In this document: piece by piece, positions 46,983-53,757 of the stretch
Layout of the letters: each line of letters opens with the position of its first letter
How positions within the stretch are numbered: position 1 is the first letter of the stretch
Source of the DNA: Candidatus Lloydbacteria bacterium RIFCSPLOWO2_01_FULL_50_20
Lineage (GTDB): Bacteria; Patescibacteriota; Minisyncoccia; Phycocordibacterales; UBA6899
DNA: 60,102 nt
NCBI GenBank assembly: GCA_001821435.1
Contig: MHLP01000037.1
Span: forward strand, 1-60,102
Direction: 5' to 3'
Made by a program: the position numbers and the translations under genes
The notes under the pieces: generated by a model
What the model was told of the DNA's origin: nothing
The model's input: the letters and a program-made list of their open reading frames with translations, nothing else
Databases searched by the model: none

Positions 46983-48335
46983 ATGTTGGTTCAGGAACTC
47001 AAAAAACTCAAATTGCCTGATGAGCCGGGGGTATATGAATTCATCGACGCGCGCCGAAAGATACTCTATATCGGCAAAGCGGCGTCGCTTCGTGAGCGCG
47101 TGCGCAGTTATTTTGCGAATGATCTTTTGCATACGCGGGGAAAACATCTCGTTGATATGGTCACGCTTGCCCATGCGGTGCGATTCATTCGCGTCGATTC
47201 CGTGCTTGATGCGATCATCCTTGAGGCGAGTCTGATAAAAAAGCATCAGCCACTTTACAATACAAAAGAAAAAGACGACAAAAGCTGGAATTACGTCGTC
47301 ATTACCAAGGAGGCATATCCCGCGGTACTCACTATCCGCGAGCGCACGATGTTTCTCGGAGAACATGAACGAAAAAAGTACCGCTACACGTTCGGGCCGT
47401 TTCCGCAGGGAACAAACCTGAAGGAGGCACTCAAGATCGTGAGGAAGATCTTTCCTTTTCGCGATACATGCTCGCCTGCAAAGGCTGAAGGAGTTTCGAC
47501 AGGCAAACCTCTCGCGGGAAAGCCCTGCTTCAATCGTCAGATCGGATTATGTCCCGGCGTGTGTACGGGGGAAATAAGCAAGGAAGAGTACGCCGAGCGG
47601 ATACGGCAGATCGCACTTTTTTTTGCAGGCAGAAAAAGCGTGTTACTCAAACAGCTCGAACGATCAATGCGTACGCATGCGAAAGCGCTCGAATTTGAGG
47701 CGGCAGGAGAGTATAAACGAATGATCTTTGCGCTAAAGCACATCAAAGATGTCGCACTCATTAACAGTGAAGTGCGCGCACATTCGCAAAAAACCTCAAG
47801 AAAGCGCACCAGACCGTTTCGCATTGAGGCATATGATGTCGCGCACATTTCCGGCAGGTACACCGTCGGAGTGATGACTGTTGTCGAAGATGGACGCCCG
47901 AAGCCGTCAAATTATCGTAAATTCAAGATCCGCCCCGAAGTGATCCGCAAGGTCAGGGATACCGCTCCAGTAGCAGAACAGGGTTCAGTACAGGACGCTA
48001 CGGGGCAAACATCGGAAGTGAAAGTCAATGACGTGCTTCATCTCGAACAAGTGCTGTTGCGCCGTTTGAGACACAAGGAGTGGCCCAGACCGGACATCAT
48101 CGTGGTCGACGGCGGAGTTGCGCAGAAACGGAGAGCGGAAAAGGCGGTCAAAGAGGCTGGTCTTTCCCTTACGGTTCTCTCAGTCGTCAAAGACGAGCGA
48201 CATAAACCGCGCATGATCCTTGGCAATAAAGAGCTCGCATTGTCTTATGAGCGCGGTATCCTTATTGCAAACGGGGAAGCACACCGTTTTGCCGTCGCCT
48301 ATCATAGAAAATTGAGAGGGAGACTGCCTCTTTAG
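46983..48335 (+). CDS. uvrC: Excinuclease ABC subunit C, short form (no C-terminal (HhH)2)
   Basis: GIY-YIG (PGVYEF...ILYIGKA...YN), UVR domain (ALEFEAAGEYKRMI) and the RNase-H-like endonuclease region (IEAYDVAHISG...VVDGG). Ends at 450 aa. Confidence 0.85.
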   Translation: MLVQELKKLKLPDEPGVYEFIDARRKILYIGKAASLRERVRSYFANDLLHTRGKHLVDMVTLAHAVRFIRVDSVLDAIILEASLIKKHQPLYNTKEKDDKSWNYVVITKEAYPAVLTIRERTMFLGEHERKKYRYTFGPFPQGTNLKEALKIVRKIFPFRDTCSPAKAEGVSTGKPLAGKPCFNRQIGLCPGVCTGEISKEEYAERIRQIALFFAGRKSVLLKQLERSMRTHAKALEFEAAGEYKRMIFALKHIKDVALINSEVRAHSQKTSRKRTRPFRIEAYDVAHISGRYTVGVMTVVEDGRPKPSNYRKFKIRPEVIRKVRDTAPVAEQGSVQDATGQTSEVKVNDVLHLEQVLLRRLRHKEWPRPDIIVVDGGVAQKRRAEKAVKEAGLSLTVLSVVKDERHKPRMILGNKELALSYERGILIANGEAHRFAVAYHRKLRGRLPL

Positions 48336-48375
48336 GGGGATAACTATTCCGCACAAGAAGATATATAATGTTCTT

Positions 48376-49347
48376 ATGTCGAAGATCAGAGTCGGAGTGG
48401 TGCGCGGAGGTCCTTCTGCTGAATATCCTGTTTCTCTCAAAACGGGCGAAAGCGTACTGCGCAATCTGGACGCGGGAAAATATGCGCCCGTGGATATTTT
48501 ACTGACCAAGCGGGGAGAGTGGTACATGAAAGGGCTGCGCACTGATCTCGGTTCAATAGCTGAGCGCGTCGACGTCATTTGGAATGCGCTCCACGGTACA
48601 TTCGGAGAAGACGGCAAAGCGCAGCGGCTTTTTGAATCATTCGGGATTCCTTATACCGGTTCGGACACTCTTGCTTCCGCGCTCGGTATGCACAAAGGTC
48701 TCGCAAAGGAACGATTCAAAGAGGCCGGACTGTTCACCTCGGATGGAGTTGTCGCGGCAAGCGGAGACCGTTTCGACGATATCATGGACGAACTTACACG
48801 GAATCCGAATTTGCGCCCACCGGTGATCGTCAAACCCATCGCGGGAGGCTCTTCAGTTGCGACAAAGATCGTGTGGGATGTTTCGGAATTACAAGAGGCG
48901 ATCAATGAGGCGAGTCGTTACGGCGATGTGTTGATCGAGGAATATCTTCCGGGTAAAGAGGCGACCGTTTGCGTGGTAGACGGAAGCGAAGAAGGCGCTT
49001 CACTTGTCTTTCATCCGATCGAGATCGTTCCGCCAGAGTCGAACGGTTTCTTCGACTATGAAGCGAAATATTCAGGGATATCAAAAGAGATCTGCCCGGG
49101 ACGATTTACTCCCGACGAGCACGACCAGCTTCGCGACCTTGCACTGCGTGCGCATCGTGCGATCGGGGCGCGGCATTATTCTCGGTCGGATTTCATCGTC
49201 TCTCCCAGGGGGATCGCTATCCTTGAGATCAATACATTGCCCGGATTAACGGAGGAGTCATTGTTTCCCAAAGCGCTTCACGCAGGCGGTGTGACTCTGC
49301 CTGAGTTCATTGATCATGTGATCGCCTTGGCTTTGTATAAAAAATAA
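48376..49347 (+). CDS. ddl: D-alanine--D-alanine ligase
   Basis: RVGVVRGGPSAEYPVSL, ATP-grasp VIVKPIAGGSSV, and EINTLPGLTE. Confidence 0.9.
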   Translation: MSKIRVGVVRGGPSAEYPVSLKTGESVLRNLDAGKYAPVDILLTKRGEWYMKGLRTDLGSIAERVDVIWNALHGTFGEDGKAQRLFESFGIPYTGSDTLASALGMHKGLAKERFKEAGLFTSDGVVAASGDRFDDIMDELTRNPNLRPPVIVKPIAGGSSVATKIVWDVSELQEAINEASRYGDVLIEEYLPGKEATVCVVDGSEEGASLVFHPIEIVPPESNGFFDYEAKYSGISKEICPGRFTPDEHDQLRDLALRAHRAIGARHYSRSDFIVSPRGIAILEINTLPGLTEESLFPKALHAGGVTLPEFIDHVIALALYKK

Positions 49348-49449
49348 GCTGTCTCGCGGTGATATAAAATATGCCGCCCGTCTATCGCCGCCCTTACCTG
49401 CCTGCCGGCAGGCAGGCGCCCGGGGCATTCTAGGCCACACTAGTAAAAC

Positions 49450-49479
49450 AAAAATCGCCGATAATTGCCGGCGATTTTT
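49450..49479. terminator. Bidirectional terminator between ddl and the SWIB gene
   Basis: aaaaatcgccg-ataattgc-cggcgattttt. Confidence 0.8.
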
Positions 49480-49499
49480 GTTTTACACAGTACAATCAA

Positions 49500-49754
49500 T
49501 TATGAAAGATGTTTTAAAACGAGCTTCGTCATTTCAAACATATTGACCGTCTTCTTGCCACCGAATACTTTTTGCAAATTTTCATCGGCATTGATGTTGC
49601 GCTTGTTCTTCGGATCCTGGAGATCATTCTTCTTGATGTACACCCAGAGTTTTTTTACGACCTCAGATCGGGGCAACGGCCCCTTCCCGACGACGGCTTC
49701 AAGTTCCGAGCTGACTTGAAGAGGCTTCATAAACGCTGAATTCGCTTTTGGCAT
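49500..49754 (-). CDS. SWIB/MDM2-domain protein (84 aa)
   Basis: MPKANSAFMKPLQVSSELEAVVGKGPLPRSEVVKKLWVYIKKNDLQDPKNKRNINADENLQKVFG is canonical SWIB. Start trimmed to ATG 49754. Confidence 0.85.
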   Translation of the reverse strand: MPKANSAFMKPLQVSSELEAVVGKGPLPRSEVVKKLWVYIKKNDLQDPKNKRNINADENLQKVFGGKKTVNMFEMTKLVLKHLS

Positions 49755-49828
49755 AACTTGAATAATTATGTATTGGGTCATTGTACCATATATGGTAAAA
49801 AGATTTCCACATGCATTTCCCACAGTAT

Positions 49829-50031
49829 CCGCCCAGCTCCTTATTGGAACAGCCCATTCATCCCCTTGGGCCTGACCTCGCCTGAACTCGGTCGAAGCCT
49901 TCTCTTGGGGATGAATGGGCGCGAATAGCACAGATGGGGCGGTGGCCCCATCCCTAACCAAAAAACTTGCCCGTGGTTCCGCCCGCCAAATACCCCTCAG
50001 CTCTGCTACGGGAAGTGGACGGGCGGACAAG
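49829..50031. other. GC-rich, highly structured non-coding segment (candidate ncRNA, class unknown)
   Basis: 14-bp perfect stem GCCCATTCATCCCC / GGGGATGAATGGGC (49852-49865 / 49907-49920), enclosed by CCGCCC / GGGCGG (49829-34 / 49937-42). A second ~66-nt hairpin at 49966-50031 is followed on the minus strand by T6 (49960-65). Confidence 0.35.
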
Positions 50032-50095
50032 TTTATCCTATGCAGATTCCTTGTTTTTCGGTATATTTTTGGTATATTATCTTGGTTCTCAAAGA

Positions 50096-50168
50096 GGGCC
50101 CATAGCTCAGTTGGTAGAGCGCTACATTTGCAATGTAGATGTCAGCGGTTCGAATCCGCTTGGGTCCA
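50096..50168 (+). tRNA. tRNA-Ala(UGC), 3' CCA not encoded at this end
   Basis: Cloverleaf by hand: acceptor gggccca/tgggtcc with G3:U70, anticodon arm ctaca-ttTGCaa-tgtag, T arm agcgg-ttcgaat-ccgct. Confidence 0.9.
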
Positions 50169-50340
50169 CAACGAGTCTGCGAGGTGGGGAACCGAGGAGT
50201 GAGCTGCTTCACTCCGGGGCGGATTCGAAAGGGTTTTCATTATCGAGCGACCAATTTTTCTTAGCGGTACTCCGCTTAGAAAAGTGGAAGTGCCCGTAGT
50301 GGTGTCTTCGAGATTGAAAACCACCCGTTGCGGTAGGCAA

Positions 50341-50361
50341 CGAATCCGCTTGGGTCCACCA
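50341..50361 (+). repeat. Second copy of the tRNA-Ala(UGC) 3' end (19-nt perfect direct repeat), here with encoded CCA
   Basis: cgaatccgcttgggtccac at 50151-50169 and again at 50341-50359. The second copy continues as CCA. Confidence 0.85.
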
Positions 50362-50412
50362 AGCGAAATATCGAGCTATATTATTCAGTAACAAGATCGA
50401 AAATGACTCAGC

Positions 50413-50916
50413 ATGAATAACATTCTTGTCAGTTCAAACGGTGTACTTTCTTTTGGCGGCAAAGCATACCGTTGTGCGTTGGGGAAAGGCGGAGTGCGGT
50501 CTGATAAAGCAGAGGGGGATGGAGCAACGCCCGTCGGGTGTTTTCCCATACGCAAAGTTTTCTATCGACCTGACCGATCTGCACATGCTCCGTTGACTGT
50601 CTTTCCCACACAGGCCCTTCTCCAAGATGATGGCTGGAGCGATGACGTTCATTTGCCGGAATATAATACGTTCGTGAAGCTTCCCTACGGGGGTTCGCAT
50701 GAAAAACTGTGGCGAGACGACCACTTATATGACCTCATTGTGACGCTCGGCTACAATGACGATCCTCCTATTGCAGGCAAGGGCAGCGCGATATTTATGC
50801 ACATTGCACGAGAGGGCTACACTCCGACCGCGGGTTGCATCGCGCTTTTTCAGGAAGATCTTCTGGAAATACTCAAGACTGCCACAACTGAAACACGGGT
50901 GTGCATAGAGGAATAG
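50413..50916 (+). CDS. L,D-transpeptidase (YkuD) family protein
   Basis: GSAIFMHIA...TAGCIAL His/Cys catalytic motif. Confidence 0.75.
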   Translation: MNNILVSSNGVLSFGGKAYRCALGKGGVRSDKAEGDGATPVGCFPIRKVFYRPDRSAHAPLTVFPTQALLQDDGWSDDVHLPEYNTFVKLPYGGSHEKLWRDDHLYDLIVTLGYNDDPPIAGKGSAIFMHIAREGYTPTAGCIALFQEDLLEILKTATTETRVCIEE

Positions 50917-50997
50917 CATCTTTTTGCTTCACGGCGCAGGATGTTTTGTTGTAGAATAAAGGTGTGGTAATAAGGAATTATCAATTTATTTTTTCCT

Positions 50998-51507
50998 ATG
51001 GCATCACCAAAACAAAGAAGTGCGGCGAAGAAGAATATCCGCAAGGCGCAGCAAAAGTGGAGAAGCATGACAAAGCGCGAGCATAGCTTGGCGCAACCCG
51101 AGGGAAGAAGACGAAAACTTCCGGGGACAACAGGGAAAGGCAAGTTTTATCGTATTGAAGTGCGGCCAAAAGGAGAGTTTGCCACCTTTAGAAATCAGGA
51201 TCTCGGCAAAAGCGGCGGACTGGAACGTCTGGCAGGGAAGAGAAGGAGCGGAAGCTGGGATACGGTGTCGTTTCTCGTCAGCAAAAAAGGGGCACATGTG
51301 GATAAACACGGACACTTAAAGATCGATGATCCGAAAATGCGGACGGCACTGAAGCAGATCCGAGGAAGGGTCACGCACGTGAAAGGAGACGTCTTTCGCG
51401 CACATCCACGGAGAAATATTCCTGAAAATGAGAAGCCCACTCTTGCGCAGCGACGTGCACAAAGGAAAAACATCAAAAAAGCCCAGCGGGCGCGCTGGAA
51501 GAAATAG
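50998..51507 (+). CDS. Highly basic hypothetical protein
   Basis: 169 aa. KKNIRKAQQKW near the N-terminus is echoed by RKNIKKAQRARW at the C-terminus. Confidence 0.55.
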   Translation: MASPKQRSAAKKNIRKAQQKWRSMTKREHSLAQPEGRRRKLPGTTGKGKFYRIEVRPKGEFATFRNQDLGKSGGLERLAGKRRSGSWDTVSFLVSKKGAHVDKHGHLKIDDPKMRTALKQIRGRVTHVKGDVFRAHPRRNIPENEKPTLAQRRAQRKNIKKAQRARWKK

Positions 51508-51604
51508 TTTTGCCGCTACGGAGGCTCCCAATGCCCGACAGATTTGACGCCCAATGAATGAAGGAGTATTTTATGTTGAGATAAAACCCGAAAAGGAGAA
51601 AGCA

Positions 51605-51844
51605 GTGAAGCGTTCCTTGTGCATCAAAATGGCGATCGGTATTTCGATTTCGGCCGTCATGTCTCTCGGTCTCCTCGTTTCAAAGGCGGAGGCAAAACCG
51701 GAATTCATGACGAAAGAAAAAGTGCCGTGTGCCACTTGCCACGTAACCGTTACTCCGCCGGTGAAACTCTCCGATGTTGGAGAGTGTTATAAGCGGCACG
51801 GCTTCAAAGATCTCGCCGCATGCAAAAAAGACCCAAAGAAATAA
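51605..51844 (+). CDS. Small secreted protein with a single CxxCH motif
   Basis: AAGGAG SD 6 nt before GTG 51605. Signal peptide, then VPCATCHV. Confidence 0.45.
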   Translation: MKRSLCIKMAIGISISAVMSLGLLVSKAEAKPEFMTKEKVPCATCHVTVTPPVKLSDVGECYKRHGFKDLAACKKDPKK

Positions 51845-51896
51845 CAAGTTGCCAAAGTGTGCTCCCCTGACCGGGAGTTTTTTTTGTGAGAGGTCA

Positions 51897-52691
51897 TTAT
51901 TCTTCTGGACTAAGATCGTAGAAGAGTTCAAGATTTCCCGGATGAACGATCGGGCTTGTCGCGATCATCACAGGTCCCGTTTCATCGAACGAGACAGAGT
52001 GTGTGACGCTCAATCTTTTAAGATCCGATACGAGCCTCCCCATTTCTTTTGAGCTGCCTGTAAAGAAACACACTTTCTTTTTTCCAAAGAACCAGTCAAG
52101 AAGAGCGGGGTCTATTGACTCAAGGTTTTTTCCTGATACTCGATATGCACGCGAGACAACCGAGGTGCTTGCGGCAACCATGAGCTGTCGAAGCGACCGC
52201 TCGGTAGATTTTTTGAGAATATCCGCGCGTGCGATGATCGGCATTTCCTCATCCGCTTTTGTCTGTCCCATGAGTCCGATCGGCAGAACACCGACCTTGA
52301 GGCCGAGTATGATCGTCTGTGGTTGCGGCATTTTTTGTCTCAAATTCCAGTCCGCGAGTATGCGCACTGCATCCGAAGCTTCGTGTGTGCTGTTCATGTT
52401 CGAGATGAGCCATTCCATGCGATATACTGCATTTTGAGTGTCCTTCGGTACGAGCAAAGAAATATTCGCATGGGGAAGCGTCTCCATTTCCTTTTTTTCA
52501 GACAAAACAACCGCTGACATTGTTGTCGTCAGTAAGTCTTTAAATTCACCATTTCTTTCTGCGTAAACAGTAAGTGCGGTCGCCAGGTACTTCAAAAGAT
52601 CGGAGGACGGTTCTATTGCAGTGTCCCGTTCAGGCTGCTTATCGATATCAATTGCAAGATGATATGTGCTCATAATTTTTTGAGTTTTCAT
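51897..52691 (-). CDS. Hypothetical protein
   Basis: 264 aa from MKTQKIMSTYHL. TATAAT lies 4 nt upstream of the ATG, so it is possibly leaderless. No motif recognised. Confidence 0.55.
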   Translation of the reverse strand: MKTQKIMSTYHLAIDIDKQPERDTAIEPSSDLLKYLATALTVYAERNGEFKDLLTTTMSAVVLSEKKEMETLPHANISLLVPKDTQNAVYRMEWLISNMNSTHEASDAVRILADWNLRQKMPQPQTIILGLKVGVLPIGLMGQTKADEEMPIIARADILKKSTERSLRQLMVAASTSVVSRAYRVSGKNLESIDPALLDWFFGKKKVCFFTGSSKEMGRLVSDLKRLSVTHSVSFDETGPVMIATSPIVHPGNLELFYDLSPEE

Positions 52692-52913
52692 AACGATTAT
52701 AATTAAATAGTTATAAATTATTAATGTAGTGGACAAGCTAAGGGTTAAATAAATATACAGCTTCGATTAGTGGCGGAAACATATTATCATACACCGTCAC
52801 TATGAAATTTCTCTGAAGCGGAATATTTCTTTGCATATTGGCATATTTTTGCTATATTTCTTGAGTTCTTGAGGAGGGCCCGTAGCTCATCTGGTAGAGC
52901 GCGTCATTTTCAC

Positions 52914-53020
52914 CCTGTTAGACATAGGCCATGCGGGCCTATCGTATAGTGGTAGTACACGGCATTCGCATTGCCGGGACGCCAGTTCGATTCTGGCTAG
53001 GTCCACCAATGTCTAACAGG
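52914..53020. repeat. 107-nt insert bounded by a perfect 12-bp inverted repeat
   Basis: CCTGTTAGACAT (52914-52925) is the reverse complement of ATGTCTAACAGG (53009-53020). Confidence 0.85.
52935..53008 (+). tRNA. tRNA-Ala(CGC) with encoded CCA, nested inside the interrupted tRNA
   Basis: Acceptor gggccta/taggtcc with G3:U70, D arm gtat-agtggta-gtac, anticodon arm cggca-ttCGCat-tgccg, T arm gccag-ttcgatt-ctggc, then ACCA. Confidence 0.85.
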
Positions 53021-53075
53021 GCGGGTTGACGAGGCAAGCGGTTCGAGTCCGCTTGGGTCCACAAAAGACACAAAC

Positions 53076-53096
53076 ATCCCGCCTGCGCGGGATTTT
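53076..53096 (+). terminator. Terminator after the tRNA pair
   Basis: atcccgc-ctgc-gcgggat plus tttt. Confidence 0.65.
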
Positions 53097-53191
53097 GTGC
53101 TTTTGGGGAGGCCGCAGCGATATTTCGCCAGCAGGCGAAATCGCGAGGCGGGGTCGCGAGCACTTATGTTTTTTAGTTAGGCTTTGCGCTA

Positions 53192-53273
53192 AAAAACTTA
53201 GTGACTCGTGACCACAGAAGACGGAAATTATCCCTGACCACAAGAAGACACCAATCAGCAAAAACTTAGTGAC
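53192..53273 (+). repeat. Two pairs of direct repeats in A-B-B'-A order upstream of the MazG-like gene
   Basis: A = AAAAACTTAGTGAC at 53192-53205 and 53260-53273. B = TGACCACAGAAGAC at 53209-53222. B' = TGACCACAAGAAGAC at 53235-53249. Confidence 0.7.
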
Positions 53274-53347
53274 ATGAAATGTGCAAATAAGTATACTGGG
53301 AGCACCACCAGATCAGATGATGGCGCAAGTCCGCTCGGGTGAACAAC

Positions 53348-53668
53348 ATGGAAAAATATCAAAAAGAGCTGGATGAATTTTTTAAAACGAAAGGTTGGGA
53401 TTATTGGCCGCCGCTTGTTGTGCTTGCCCGTCTTTTTGAGGAGGGCGGGGAATTGGCACGGCTTGTGAACCATCTTTACGGTGAAAAAAAGAAAAAAGAC
53501 GGCGAAAAAGAGCAGGAGCTCGAAGGTGAGATCGGAGACATTCTTTTCACGCTTATCTGTCTTGCCAATTCAACCGGTATCAACTTGGACAACGCGATAA
53601 GAAAAACACTTGATAAGGTCGCCGTGCGTGACAAGGACCGGTTTGGCAAGAATGCAAGAAGTGAGTAG
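53348..53668 (+). CDS. MazG-like nucleotide pyrophosphohydrolase
   Basis: LFEEGGELARLV...ELEGEIGDILFTLICLAN (EExxE...ExxD all-alpha NTP-PPase motifs). Confidence 0.8.
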   Translation: MEKYQKELDEFFKTKGWDYWPPLVVLARLFEEGGELARLVNHLYGEKKKKDGEKEQELEGEIGDILFTLICLANSTGINLDNAIRKTLDKVAVRDKDRFGKNARSE

Positions 53669-53681
53669 TATGTTTTGGCGA

Positions 53682-53757
53682 GGGCCTGTAGCTCATTCGG
53701 TAGAGCGCGTGCATGGCATGCACGAGGCAAGGGGTTCGATCCCCCTCAGGTCCACCA
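53682..53757 (+). tRNA. tRNA-Ala(GGC) with encoded CCA
   Basis: Acceptor gggcctg/caggtcc with G3:U70, anticodon arm cgtgc-atGGCat-gcacg, T arm agggg-ttcgatc-cccct. 76 nt. Confidence 0.9.

Larger units (their letters stand above)
52876..53061 (+). tRNA. Interrupted tRNA gene (Ala-type G3:U70 acceptor, UUC-type anticodon loop) carrying a 113-nt insert after loop position 38
   Basis: 5' part: gggcccg-ta-gctcatctggtagagc-g-cgtca-ttTTCac. 3' part: tgacg-aggca-agcgg-ttcgagt-ccgct-tgggtcc-a. All four stems pair. The promoter region is paralogous to that of tRNA-Ala(UGC). Confidence 0.6.

Noticed and set aside
49395-49420. The perfect 20-nt palindrome CCTGCCTGCCGGCAGGCAGG downstream of ddl.
   Set aside because: It is a loop-less GC palindrome in a convergent intergenic region next to a proper bidirectional terminator. 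There is no second copy or associated gene, so there is too little to interpret.
49829-49950. SRP (4.5S) RNA or 6S RNA assignment for the long GC-rich hairpin. A GGTCAGG / CCAAGG..GATGA resemblance to SRP domain IV was noted.
   Set aside because: The apical loop is 12 nt, not a GNRA tetraloop, and no AGCAGC strand is present. The closing stem is only 6 bp, too short for 6S RNA. It is kept only as an unclassified ncRNA candidate.
50169-50340. A group I intron or tmRNA in the 171-nt segment after tRNA-Ala(UGC). The stretch GGGGCGGATTCGAAAGGG resembles a tmRNA 5' end.
   Set aside because: There is no group I core (no P7/R-S consensus such as GTAGAGACTA). For tmRNA, the putative 5' strand cannot pair with the downstream ...tgggtccacca end. 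I also found no tag-like reading frame ending in hydrophobic Ala-Ala before a stop.
52907-53031. An archaeal-type bulge-helix-bulge intron in the interrupted tRNA.
   Set aside because: The sequences flanking the insert (tttt...cac and gcgggt) cannot form the 3-4-3 BHB motif. The rest of the window (LexA, UvrABC, Ddl, NrdR) is clearly bacterial.
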